Positions 1-10,210 of a stretch of DNA of 64,000 nt are shown here, piece by piece. The DNA is from Candidatus Thorarchaeota archaeon. GTDB taxonomy: Archaea > Asgardarchaeota > Thorarchaeia > Thorarchaeales > Thorarchaeaceae. A program made the position numbers and the translations under genes. Within the stretch, counting starts at the first letter, position 1. The number at the start of each line of letters is the position of its first letter. Location of the stretch: the NCBI GenBank assembly GCA_004524445.1, contig SDNP01000012.1, positions 16,145-80,144 on the forward strand. The letters are read 5' to 3'. The notes beneath the pieces were generated by a model that was given only the letters and a program-made list of their open reading frames with translations, searched no databases and was not told where the DNA came from.

Positions 1-1748
1 ATATGCTCTTTCTCCAAATATATTCCTAGGCTCATTAGATTCTGTATATCAAGACTATCATCCCTGAGTAATGCAACGAGCCCAAGCAAATCCAAAGCCT
101 GCCGGACTTTCTTAGCTGAATCGAGGATTCGGGGCCAATCCCCAGCAAGTAGATCCTTTTCAGCATCTTGCAACAGTCTTCTACTTGACTCTTGAACCAC
201 GAGTAGTCGTTCTTCATCCAGGTCACTCTTTTCGGTGGCCGTATTGATTGCTATTCTAGTAAACGTTGATATTAATAAAAGAAAAATCAAATCTGAGAAC
301 CCGAATTTTCGTTTCAATGGATTGTAGGCACTAAATTGACCGGAAGGTGGAATACTCGTGATTTCCAAAGAGATGATGTTGACGTCAGTTCTATGAGATT
401 CAGGTACTGATTTGTCAGAGTAACCATACTCTGCATCGAATACCTGAAAAACCTTAGAAGTGTGAAACCTAAGCAACTCCTCCAGGATGTGCTTATTCTC
501 TGAACTGAATTGCAAATCAATCTTGGCTACTTCGGAAAATACCCAGATGATAGCAAGAATGGACTCGACATCTTCAATCTCAAGTGTTCTTTTCATCAGC
601 TGTTCCCGTTCTAATACATTCGAACACCCGCATCTCGAAGCGGCTATGATTGTTCTAGCAAGATCAAGCGAATTGGAAAGGGTAGGATACTCCAAGCTTC
701 TTGATATCGCTGATTTTGCCTGGATTGCCAAGCTCGCCTTTGCCTGCGCAAGAGTCTGAGTTATAGATTCTGTTGGATATATTCCTGCAAGCCTCTTCCC
801 CGAGAATTCAAACCATTCCAGAACCGCTCTATCTCTAGCTTCTACGCTAAGACGCGGCTTAACGAAATTCGACCCACTTTCAATAGCGGATAATGGAGTG
901 GCGAAAAACAGAGACCTTCGTTCTGCAGGCTGCAATTCTATTTCAAATTTCATAATAGCCGTAGCAAGCCCTCTCTTTGTGCTAAATGTAGAATCTTTTC
1001 GGTCTGTATCCTTCATCACATCGTCTATGAGATTGGGGTTGTCTGCAGTGGTCATTATCAATCCATTGGGAGAAGTATCCGATATCAGAGCCAATAAATC
1101 GTCGGCATAGAGGTGGTTCTCATCTTCATCAAAGTCAATTCTCTCTATTGGTAGAACACCCAGCTGATTGAACGGACGCACTGCGACAAAAAAAGTAAAA
1201 CTGGCGGGTTCGAGGGATATATTCTTGAGAAGCATCTCATTAAGGATAAATTCTTGATTCTCATTCTCTGTGTAGTAGACCAATCTCTGCAGAATAACAG
1301 CTCCATGAGACCGATTCATCTGGTAGATTTGGTCCTCGGGCGATAGAATCATGATGTGTTCCTCTGCTACATGTTCGCTGGGAATATATAGCCCATCATC
1401 GTCAAGGAACCAGAAGTCGATTGAGCCAATAGCATGCGGAGTTGAAATCATACCAGCAGAGTCCATCTTTGCATAGTTGACTGAGCCAACCCCACCCACT
1501 ACAATCCATGAGTTATTTTCATTATTGTATAAGAGGGGCGTACTGCTGCCTATCTCATCTCTTTCCGAAAGTATCATCCATCGTGGGAGCATCCACTTCT
1601 CAGCCCGATTATGAAACTTGGCTGTGAGGGCAGCACGGATTACCTGCAATTCTTCCATCTCATTGCCGAAGTTGCCATCTATTGTCACACGATTGAATCT
1701 GGCATTGCGCCTGAATCGTTCAATAAGTGATTGAGTTCTGTTGTCCAG
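1..1748 (-). CDS. Hypothetical protein, probable six-hairpin glycosidase-like family; runs off the left edge and is absent from the ORF track
   Basis: Manual translation gives an uninterrupted minus-strand frame of >580 codons from CTG at 1748, preceded by GGAGGT at 7 nt (in-frame ATG at 1820 is an alternative). Motifs NSWIVVGG..MDSAGMIS..GSIDFW and FFVAVRPFNQLGV resemble the N-terminus of an uncharacterised glycoside-hydrolase-like family. Confidence 0.7.
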   Translation of the reverse strand, partial: MDNRTQSLIERFRRNARFNRVTIDGNFGNEMEELQVIRAALTAKFHNRAEKWMLPRWMILSERDEIGSSTPLLYNNENNSWIVVGGVGSVNYAKMDSAGMISTPHAIGSIDFWFLDDDGLYIPSEHVAEEHIMILSPEDQIYQMNRSHGAVILQRLVYYTENENQEFILNEMLLKNISLEPASFTFFVAVRPFNQLGVLPIERIDFDEDENHLYADDLLALISDTSPNGLIMTTADNPNLIDDVMKDTDRKDSTFSTKRGLATAIMKFEIELQPAERRSLFFATPLSAIESGSNFVKPRLSVEARDRAVLEWFEFSGKRLAGIYPTESITQTLAQAKASLAIQAKSAISRSLEYPTLSNSLDLARTIIAASRCGCSNVLEREQLMKRTLEIEDVESILAIIWVFSEVAKIDLQFSSENKHILEELLRFHTSKVFQVFDAEYGYSDKSVPESHRTDVNIISLEITSIPPSGQFSAYNPLKRKFGFSDLIFLLLISTFTRIAINTATEKSDLDEERLLVVQESSRRLLQDAEKDLLAGDWPRILDSAKKVRQALDLLGLVALLRDDSLDIQNLMSLGIYLEKEH

Positions 1749-1961
1749 ATTCAGTACCTCCGTGACAATGGTAGTGTGATAATTCAGATTGAAATATAAT
1801 AAGTAGTATTTATGTCTCATTCGGGTGAACAGAGAACACCGGTAAGATTTAAGCTACTGCCAAAGATTAATAGGATTTGAACAAGGCATTTTCAATAAGC
1901 AGACCCACAGTGTCAATGAAAGGAAAGAGAGATACACGGAATGAGCTAGGAGAAGACAGAT

Positions 1962-3149
1962 TTGGCTGAAATTGTCACAAGACCATCAAGACGGATCACC
2001 AACATGATTGCCAAGGAGCTGCGTCTTATTGTGAAGGATAAGGTGGCGCTATTTCTCATTTTTCTCCTACCTGCCGCGCTCATCGGCATGTTATATTGGA
2101 CAACAAATCAGAGTTCTTTTGGAGGGTTTGGAGGTGGTGGTGGCGGTAGAGATGCAGGTGATGCCACTAATACCACAGACACTAGTGGGTTTGAAAGTGA
2201 CTTGGTACTAGGTCTCATTGATAGAGATACTACAACTTCATATCCCGGTCAAGACCTGTCTGAAAATTTCACTGGTTACCTTCGAGAATTCACGAGAGAA
2301 CTGATTATCTACAATGATACTAACAAAGCCTATCGGGACCTGTATGAGGAAAAAATCGCAGGGTATATTGTCATTCCGGACGGTTTTGAAGAGAATTTGA
2401 CTGAGAATAATCCGACCTATGTAGAGGTCCATGTTGATGCAACTGATTTCCTCGCTGAGTCTCGAATACAAGGTGTTGTACAAGGGGCTACCATAGTATT
2501 TCGCGCTTCAAAGATGTGGATTAAGTCGGAGGTCTTTCCATCCGTCAAAATTGAATTCACTCCAGAGGGGAATTACATGAATATTTCATTCGGAGGATTC
2601 ATTGTGATTTTCTCAAGCTATCTTGGAATCGCCATGACATCTGCACAGTCTATCGTTGGCGATGTGCCACTGAGGAGAATGTTGCTTACTCCGACTAATC
2701 GGCTCGAAGTAATAGTTGCTAAAGTGATGGGCTATCTTATTATCGGTTTCTTCCAATCCCTTCTTCTGATTACTCTCTGGATTCTAGCCTTTAATCTCTC
2801 TCTTAATACGGGATTTGGATCGCTTGTCGCGATTATGAGCTTGACCTCCTTGACTGGGTCCACCACTGGATTACTGATTTCTGCAATTGCGGACACGAGA
2901 CTTCAAGCAAATCAGATGTTCTTGTTTGTCTTGTTTGGATCTGTGATTCTATCTGGATTCTTCATTGATGTGGGTTTCCTTGACGAGGTTCTCCCCCTCA
3001 ATCAAGGCTTACGACTGCTTATTGACACAGCTTTCAAGGGACTGAACCTACTTGATGTGTTTGACAAGGTATTGAAGCTGCTTGGGTTCTCGATTGCTGC
3101 GATACTAGTGGCGACTTTTGTATACGCCAAAAAGCCAACTCTAGGTTAG
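1962..3149 (+). CDS. ABC-2 type exporter permease
   Basis: N-terminal KELRLIVKDK..LIFLLP, extracellular domain with GYIVIPDGF, LRRMLLTP..EVIVAK motif, multiple C-terminal TM helices; TTG start. Confidence 0.9.
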   Translation: MAEIVTRPSRRITNMIAKELRLIVKDKVALFLIFLLPAALIGMLYWTTNQSSFGGFGGGGGGRDAGDATNTTDTSGFESDLVLGLIDRDTTTSYPGQDLSENFTGYLREFTRELIIYNDTNKAYRDLYEEKIAGYIVIPDGFEENLTENNPTYVEVHVDATDFLAESRIQGVVQGATIVFRASKMWIKSEVFPSVKIEFTPEGNYMNISFGGFIVIFSSYLGIAMTSAQSIVGDVPLRRMLLTPTNRLEVIVAKVMGYLIIGFFQSLLLITLWILAFNLSLNTGFGSLVAIMSLTSLTGSTTGLLISAIADTRLQANQMFLFVLFGSVILSGFFIDVGFLDEVLPLNQGLRLLIDTAFKGLNLLDVFDKVLKLLGFSIAAILVATFVYAKKPTLG

Positions 3150-3156
3150 TGATGAT

Positions 3157-4842
3157 ATGGTACAAAGAAGTGAAACAAAGCCCCTTTCTGAAGACGAAGA
3201 CATCCCTTTTGTAGAAGAAGCATATTTCACAGGAGCTAGGATTGGCGAGGCCATAGATTGGTGCATTGAACGGAAGGATAGAGAATTACACTGTGAAGTT
3301 GAGGGAAGATTAAATTCAACAAACAAAGATGTAGAATTCAATGGAAGAATTCTCACTGTTAAGAAAGGGCTCATCTCAAGGAAAATTGCGGTCATTATCA
3401 ATGAGGATATGCAATCAAAACGGAGAGATGGGTTGGACGCAGTAGTGACAGTTGGGGGAAACACGAGTTCCCAAGAAGATGTCGCTGCCAGTCAAATCAC
3501 TGTTCAAAACTACCTGAGAAGAGATATGTCCGGAGATCTCTATTATGATGGTCGTGACCTACAACAGGCCGTCAAAGATGCCACGAAGATGCAAAAGAAC
3601 CGGCAGATATCCTGCACTGTTTGGGGCAAGAGAATGTCGGACAAGTTACCCATTACAATCAAGGGCAATCTAGTAGGCTCAGCGGCTTCCCCAGCCCCGA
3701 TCCTTCCCGAAGGTTTCCTTGAGGTGCGTGTAGAACCCGAGGACTCAGTTGGAAGCCCCAAGATATTCACGGTTGTACAGCCACAATTGATTATAGGTCC
3801 CCGTACGGATCCCAATCTTACCGTTATCGCAGATAAGGTGTATATTCAGCCATTTTCATGGATTGAAACACCAGCGTATAGGAATGTGATTGAAACAAGG
3901 AATCTCACTGTGAAGGTAAGAAGCGGTAAGAAGATAATTGAGAATGTGTCCTTCTCTATCAAAGAAGGAGAGATGCTTGCAGTCATCGGAGAATCAGGTG
4001 CAGGAAAATCAACAACCATCAAAGCGTTGATTGGAGACATTCCAAGCACAGGAGTGGCCCGAATCGCGGGCATAGACTCACGGAATGCTCAGAAAGTGCG
4101 CTATTTCTTTGGTTACTGCCCGCAGGACCTCTCGTACATGTATGAAACGTTTACACCTCTCGAAAACATCATTGCTTTCGGGAAGCAGTATGACATAGCA
4201 GAGTGGCAGTTGATCCAAGAAGGAAAGACACTGCTTCGTGACTTTGGCATTCTAGAGAAGGGCAACAGCCCAGTAAAGGAGCTAAGCGGTGGACAACAAC
4301 GTAGGGTTTCAATTGCGATGGCGCTGGTTCATCGTCCGAAAGTACTTCTGATGGACGAACCAACTTCCGGTCTGGATCCGGACAATAGAAATGAGCTTTG
4401 GCAGTTTCTTGATTATATCAACCAAGAATATGGCACCTCAATGGTAGTCATTACTCACTATCCAATAGAAGCAGAATTCTGCGATAAGGTAGCAGTATTC
4501 ATGCGTGGTAAGAGCCTTGTGGCATTTGGCACGCCGGCGAACCTAAAGGCCTCAATGCCAAATAGGGGATTCTCAGTAGGTGTAGTCCTGGAAGAAGTTG
4601 ACCCCCGAGCCCGGCCGACCCTTGAAGAGGTTGAGGGAGTCACTTTCGTGCTTCAGCGGGGAGAATTAGTCAAAGTCTTCACGGAGGAGCCGCTTCAAAT
4701 TATCGCAGAAAGATGTGTAGAAGCCCTCTCTTCAAAAGGAATTGAAGTGAAGATTGTAAAGACAAAGGCAGTGGCCGATATGGTTGATTATTACATCGCC
4801 GTAACAAGAGGCCTAATCACCGGCACCATAGAGAAATCATAA
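3157..4842 (+). CDS. ABC transporter ATP-binding protein with N-terminal tandem TrmB-like subdomains
   Basis: Walker A GESGAGKS, signature LSGGQ, Walker B LLMDEPTSGLD, H-loop ITH; ~240-aa N-terminal extension with two related repeats. Confidence 0.9.
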   Translation: MVQRSETKPLSEDEDIPFVEEAYFTGARIGEAIDWCIERKDRELHCEVEGRLNSTNKDVEFNGRILTVKKGLISRKIAVIINEDMQSKRRDGLDAVVTVGGNTSSQEDVAASQITVQNYLRRDMSGDLYYDGRDLQQAVKDATKMQKNRQISCTVWGKRMSDKLPITIKGNLVGSAASPAPILPEGFLEVRVEPEDSVGSPKIFTVVQPQLIIGPRTDPNLTVIADKVYIQPFSWIETPAYRNVIETRNLTVKVRSGKKIIENVSFSIKEGEMLAVIGESGAGKSTTIKALIGDIPSTGVARIAGIDSRNAQKVRYFFGYCPQDLSYMYETFTPLENIIAFGKQYDIAEWQLIQEGKTLLRDFGILEKGNSPVKELSGGQQRRVSIAMALVHRPKVLLMDEPTSGLDPDNRNELWQFLDYINQEYGTSMVVITHYPIEAEFCDKVAVFMRGKSLVAFGTPANLKASMPNRGFSVGVVLEEVDPRARPTLEEVEGVTFVLQRGELVKVFTEEPLQIIAERCVEALSSKGIEVKIVKTKAVADMVDYYIAVTRGLITGTIEKS

Positions 4843-4863
4843 ATCCAGAGAGGAGGAAAAGGA

Positions 4864-7800
4864 TTGAGCGCACAAAAATGGGTAGCAGTTCTCTTGATGC
4901 TAGTATTTGCGTTGAGTCTGATTGCTCCAATACATTCAGCCCCTATTGAACGAGATTCGCCTCAACCGAAGAACAAAATCGACCAGAGATTATTCAACGC
5001 CACATCGAAAAATGCGCCAGTGGACACGCTGGTGCGATATGATTCAGACATATCTGAATACCAAATAGAGAATGCCATATCATTGATTGACGCATATGCT
5101 GAGATTCCACAAACCTTTCAAGAACTGAATATGATGCGCGTGAAGTTAGCAGGAGAAGCGCTCTCGGATTTAGCTGAACTGGACTACATCCGTAAAATCT
5201 GGTCAAATGAAATACTGAAACTGAACCCTCTGAATTTCACCCAATCGAAATCTACAGAAGACTACGTATCACCAGTCGATCTCATTGGAGCCAGGGATCT
5301 TTGGGACATGGGGTACAATGGATCAGGCTCAGTCATTGCCATACTCGATACTGGTGTTGACTTTACACATCCCGACCTTGATGATTTTGATAATTATTCA
5401 GGCAATGCACTCGGGTCCAAAGTTACTGCGTTTGCCTCCTTTGTTGAAGCAGACTCTCTTCCCTTTGATCTCATCGGTCACGGTACATATGCGGCCTCTA
5501 TCGTAGCCGGTACAGGAAACAAATCTAATCGCGTATATTCTGGAATCGCACCTGGCGCAACTCTTCTTTCGGGCAAGGTTACATTGGGTGGTCTATTCGC
5601 CTTGCCGAGTTGGATTGTTTCTGGCATTGAATGGGCAGCTAGTAGAGGAGCCGATGTGATCCTCATGCCCTTCAATACTTTTGGGGCTCCTGGCGATGCT
5701 GTTTCAGAGGCAGTCAAAATTGCAGTTCAGCGTGGAATATTCGTTGTAGCTGCCGCAGGAGACGATGGTCCAGATTACCTCACCGTGATGTCACCCGGTG
5801 GCATAGCAGAGTGCTTCACTGTTGGAGCCTATGATTCTAAACTCGATATGGTTCCTGATTTTTCAGGGAGAGGACCATCCCTAGGTCTTATCACCAAACC
5901 CGACCTTGTTGCTCCAGGCGTTGGGATTGTTGGGGCAAAGCCGGGAGCAGCTCTTGCCGAGTCAGGATTCACCGGATTTGACCTCCAAGATTTGAGTGGA
6001 TTCTCCGCATTGCTTGGCGGCCAATTGGGGGAGAGTGTAGACGATTACTACGTACGAGGAGATACAACAGCAGCAAGTGCAGCCATCGTAGCAGGGGCTG
6101 CCTCGTTATTAATGGAGGCATTCGATAGAGCAACTCCAATAGTAATTGCAAATACTCTACGTGATACAGCAACGCCCCTAGATTATGGTGCTAATGATGC
6201 AGGCGCAGGCCTACTCAATCTTCCAGCAGCCTTTGATGAATTGAGTAGAAAACAAAGGCCAATTTCGACACATAACAGAACAACGGGAATACCTCTTCTA
6301 GCGTTTGGCCTCCTGACATCTTCAGGGTTGAATGCAGAAACAACACTCTTGATGAGTAGCTTTGGAACAAGCATAGTAGCTCTAGACGAGAGAGATAACC
6401 AAGAAGGCTCGATTCATTTGTTGATGGGGATGTTTTCTATAAAATGGAATGACCTTGAGCCAATGAGTCTGATGAATTTCAATGTAAAGAGAGAATTGCA
6501 CCAAGTTGCCCTTGCCTCGCAGCAGAGTAATTACAACAGATGGGTAGGCGTTCTCTCATACGATGAGCAGGTGTATTTGACACTACTAGTAGAGTCGTAT
6601 AATCTCACTCTGTTCGAGGAAACCTCAACTACAGCTTTCAAAATCACCCCGTACATCTTGAATCTTGGTATGAACCCTATTTACAACGTGAGTCTCTATC
6701 TTGATTACTCGCTTGATCTGTTCCTAGATGGCCGTGATGATTATGGAAGGTATGCGCTGGGGAATCAACAGCTATTTGCCTATGGAATTTCGGAGGATAA
6801 TCGCAATTTCTACTTCGGCATGAACTCCAGCATGCCGCTCTCAGCTTTTGAAGTTGGTAACTCTTCAGAAGTGTCTGACCATGTGTCATCAGACAATCTC
6901 ACGGGAAACACACAATTCTATGGAGACGTCGGCCTTGGCATGAAATGGAACTTTGGCACATTAGACCCAAACGAATTAAGTAATGTGACAATTTCCATCG
7001 GATTCGGCGCAAATCGAACCACACTTGATGCATCAATCAGGAGAATGTGGGAACTTGAGCCACCTGCCACTTTCTCACAACGCGGAGACCTCCTTGTCGT
7101 TGAAGCAGATATACCCCGAACGGCTCAGACCAATCAGAATTATCAGTCACGTGCGGTTATTATGAATATTGGAGTAGAGAGTAGTCAGGCAGTGGCAATT
7201 CTAGCTATTGCGAATGGCTCACAGCAAGAGGGGACGGCCTTCACACGATATTTCTCATTTGATGAAATTGAACCATTTAATGCTCGAGTCATAACGACCG
7301 AATGGAGCCCAGTAGAAGAAGGAATTCACACAGCTGCGTGGGCGGTGGCCACGGGATTCGAATTTGCATTGCAGCTAGTCGCTAGTCCTACCGAAACGCT
7401 TTCAACAAGTGGAGTGAGTCTCTTGGATGACTTTCTTCTGAGAGACCTCTTTGTGATATCGCCAATTCGGTCAACGTCGATTTTTCCAAAAGAAGTGCCA
7501 TTTGGACCATTTGATTTGCGTTTTCCTATAGACTTTGGACTCTATTATTTCACTCTATCAACCACCGTGAGTCTAGGGAACTTGACCGTAGAAAAGTATG
7601 GCAATGCTGCTGATTGGGGAAATATCACACTTCCATCCTCTGAGGATGTAGACGGATTTTACAACTTCTCCTTATTCACACTAGTACCGCCAATCACAGT
7701 TGACGGATATCACAGATGTGACTACGTGTTGAATTCCGAATTTGGCTGGTCGATGAATCTTACTCTAGAGAGCAATTTGGAATATCCTCGTGCAATGATG

Positions 7801-9228
7801 CTACTTGATACGTCTCACGGAGGTGGGTTTGGTGCGTTTGGAAATTTTGGAGGAGGGATATCTGTAGATATTGGAGGTGATAGCGGAGGTCTGCCCAGCT
7901 TCCCACTAGCACAGGATACAGGTCAACAGGATGGCGAGGAGGGACTGGACTTTCAGTTTGGTGTAGGAGATATTGATTCGATAGGTTCTTTGACAGATAT
8001 GCTGGAGTCTTTTAGACTCACTACGTTCTCGGGCTTATCCAGCATGAAGAAGCAGATGGCGGATGCCGGTCTAAACCTCATCGAAACGCCGGGAATAGAA
8101 CTGGAAAGCGCGCTTCTTTCTCAATTCTCTTCTATCTTTATGTTCCAGCCATCGGAGGGCTTCAACAGTACAGATGTGAGTACGCTTAGAACTTTTTCCG
8201 CGAGCTATGGTAAGCTGATATTGTTTGGAGATTCCGATGACAGAGCGAATCTTACGGGAATAAACCAACTGCTACAACCGTACGGTTACCGCATGCAGGG
8301 TAAACACGAATCAGAAAATACAACCGGGATTTATCAGAATTCCATTCTTGGAAAAGGAATGACCTGTATGTGGCTTGGCGGTGGAACCTTCATTGAAAAC
8401 AATCAATCACGCGCCCAAGTAGGACTAAATGGAAGACCTGTTGTGCTCTTGGATCATACACGCCCGGAACTGGCATTATTTGGATCCTCACGGATATTCA
8501 TGAACAAACACCTCGTGAAATGTAATAATAGTATTCTATTGGATAACCTCATAGAATATCTGTTGAGAGATACGCTGACAACCGAAACGAGCCTCTCAGA
8601 AGACACGAACCGATTCCCCGTCGGAAAGAGTGTCTATGTAAATCTGAAGGTTTGGGATTATTATGGTGATCCTGTTGACGACCTCACGGTGGCAATTGCG
8701 TTTGAACTGCCAAACGGCAACTTCTCCTATTTCATTGCCGGGTTTGTCGAGGATGGGCTATACTCATCGCAGTTTCTGCCATCCTATTGGAGTTCAAATG
8801 GAACTATTAACGGAATATTCATAGTTTTGAGAGAAGAATACGCTGGTACTTACGCCAGTGTGACTTTTGAGCTATATACCACCCCACCTACTAATGGCAC
8901 AAGAAATGGCGAGCCTCTCTTCACCTTAGTCCAAGTTGCATTTGTCACATCCATTGGCATTTTTGGAGTTGTCTTGGTCGGTCTAGCTTGGAACAAATAC
9001 CGAAGAGGGGTCCGCCTTAGAATACCGGAGATAGATACGGAATTGGGTCAGGATATTGACAACACGTTGAATATGTTGCTCGCTGTCTTCACGCAAATGG
9101 AAGATGTGATTCAACGGGACGACTTGGATCGGATTCAGAAGATTGAGGCATTGCGGAGTTTGATGGTGAGCATGGAGAAGGCTCAAGAGGAGTATGAAGA
9201 TGTTAGCGACAGAGTAGGAGGTGTATAG
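4864..9228 (+). CDS. Membrane-anchored S8 (subtilisin-like) protein with GIFT-like domain; probably catalytically inactive
   Basis: Signal peptide, propeptide, ILDTG (D162), GHGT (H206), KPDLVAPG; Ser motif reads GDTTAASAAIVAG; LLDTSHG...LFGSSRIF..LLDNLIEYL region; C-terminal TM helix plus helical tail. Confidence 0.85.
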   Translation: MSAQKWVAVLLMLVFALSLIAPIHSAPIERDSPQPKNKIDQRLFNATSKNAPVDTLVRYDSDISEYQIENAISLIDAYAEIPQTFQELNMMRVKLAGEALSDLAELDYIRKIWSNEILKLNPLNFTQSKSTEDYVSPVDLIGARDLWDMGYNGSGSVIAILDTGVDFTHPDLDDFDNYSGNALGSKVTAFASFVEADSLPFDLIGHGTYAASIVAGTGNKSNRVYSGIAPGATLLSGKVTLGGLFALPSWIVSGIEWAASRGADVILMPFNTFGAPGDAVSEAVKIAVQRGIFVVAAAGDDGPDYLTVMSPGGIAECFTVGAYDSKLDMVPDFSGRGPSLGLITKPDLVAPGVGIVGAKPGAALAESGFTGFDLQDLSGFSALLGGQLGESVDDYYVRGDTTAASAAIVAGAASLLMEAFDRATPIVIANTLRDTATPLDYGANDAGAGLLNLPAAFDELSRKQRPISTHNRTTGIPLLAFGLLTSSGLNAETTLLMSSFGTSIVALDERDNQEGSIHLLMGMFSIKWNDLEPMSLMNFNVKRELHQVALASQQSNYNRWVGVLSYDEQVYLTLLVESYNLTLFEETSTTAFKITPYILNLGMNPIYNVSLYLDYSLDLFLDGRDDYGRYALGNQQLFAYGISEDNRNFYFGMNSSMPLSAFEVGNSSEVSDHVSSDNLTGNTQFYGDVGLGMKWNFGTLDPNELSNVTISIGFGANRTTLDASIRRMWELEPPATFSQRGDLLVVEADIPRTAQTNQNYQSRAVIMNIGVESSQAVAILAIANGSQQEGTAFTRYFSFDEIEPFNARVITTEWSPVEEGIHTAAWAVATGFEFALQLVASPTETLSTSGVSLLDDFLLRDLFVISPIRSTSIFPKEVPFGPFDLRFPIDFGLYYFTLSTTVSLGNLTVEKYGNAADWGNITLPSSEDVDGFYNFSLFTLVPPITVDGYHRCDYVLNSEFGWSMNLTLESNLEYPRAMMLLDTSHGGGFGAFGNFGGGISVDIGGDSGGLPSFPLAQDTGQQDGEEGLDFQFGVGDIDSIGSLTDMLESFRLTTFSGLSSMKKQMADAGLNLIETPGIELESALLSQFSSIFMFQPSEGFNSTDVSTLRTFSASYGKLILFGDSDDRANLTGINQLLQPYGYRMQGKHESENTTGIYQNSILGKGMTCMWLGGGTFIENNQSRAQVGLNGRPVVLLDHTRPELALFGSSRIFMNKHLVKCNNSILLDNLIEYLLRDTLTTETSLSEDTNRFPVGKSVYVNLKVWDYYGDPVDDLTVAIAFELPNGNFSYFIAGFVEDGLYSSQFLPSYWSSNGTINGIFIVLREEYAGTYASVTFELYTTPPTNGTRNGEPLFTLVQVAFVTSIGIFGVVLVGLAWNKYRRGVRLRIPEIDTELGQDIDNTLNMLLAVFTQMEDVIQRDDLDRIQKIEALRSLMVSMEKAQEEYEDVSDRVGGV

Positions 9229-10210
9229 ATTGGTTGAGAAGAGGGTAAAAGAAATAGTCGTTGAGGACCTCAAAGTTGCTTTCGGTGACTTTTACGCACT
9301 GAAGGGGGTTTCTTTCTTCGCCAACAAAGGCGAATTCCTAGGCATTATCGGGGCCTCGGGAGCCGGAAAGACGACGGTCCTGAGAGTGCTAACGGGACAA
9401 CTCAGTCCCACCGATGGAAGGGCATTCGTTGGAGGCATGGATGTGACGAAGAAGAAGGACCTCATCAGTCTACTTGTGGGATATGTTCCCCAACTTGAGC
9501 ACATCAGCCTGTATTACGACTTCTCAGCTCTTCAAAATGCCCAATTCTTTGGAAGGCTCTTTGGAATGAGACCCAAGGAGATAGAGGAGCGAGCAAGACA
9601 AGTACTCACGATTCTTGGATTTGATGAGGAACTGATGACCAAGGATGTCGACAAATTGTCTGGTGGAGAACGAAAGAGGGTTTCCATTAGTTTGGGGATG
9701 ATTCACGACCCTCCAGTTTTGTTGTTGGACGAACCGACTACCGGTCTGGATGCGCACCTTAGGCATGAAACACTAAACTACTTGAAGGAATTAAATTTCG
9801 AGCTCGGTACCACTCAGGTGATTATATCCCATGATCTTGAAATCGTAGATTACTGTACTCGCGTTGTCCTATTAGAGAATGGATATGTGAGCCAGTTTGG
9901 TACTCCCGAGGATCTCATCTCCACTCTCCCTGGACAGGGTGAGAGCCTGAAGGTTGTCCTCCAAAGCATGTCCCGACCGGTCTTAGATAAACTCAGCAAA
10001 ATCGAAGGAGTAGAATACATGGCCCGGTCCGGCAGAAATGCTCTCAAGCTGTTTATTGACGAGCCCGCGGAACATATGTTGCCTGTTGTGCAGGAGCTCA
10101 ACGAGTTAGAATTACCATATGAGGAGATCAGCATCGTGGAGGCAGATTTCTTCGATTATTTCCAAGTAAAGCCCTGGAAAGAAAAGGGCAAAGGAGTGGT
10201 TGTACCATGA
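9221..10210 (+). CDS. ABC transporter ATP-binding protein
   Basis: GASGAGKT, LSGGE, LLLDEPTTGLD, ISHD; overlaps both neighbours. Confidence 0.95.
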   Translation: MYRLVEKRVKEIVVEDLKVAFGDFYALKGVSFFANKGEFLGIIGASGAGKTTVLRVLTGQLSPTDGRAFVGGMDVTKKKDLISLLVGYVPQLEHISLYYDFSALQNAQFFGRLFGMRPKEIEERARQVLTILGFDEELMTKDVDKLSGGERKRVSISLGMIHDPPVLLLDEPTTGLDAHLRHETLNYLKELNFELGTTQVIISHDLEIVDYCTRVVLLENGYVSQFGTPEDLISTLPGQGESLKVVLQSMSRPVLDKLSKIEGVEYMARSGRNALKLFIDEPAEHMLPVVQELNELELPYEEISIVEADFFDYFQVKPWKEKGKGVVVP

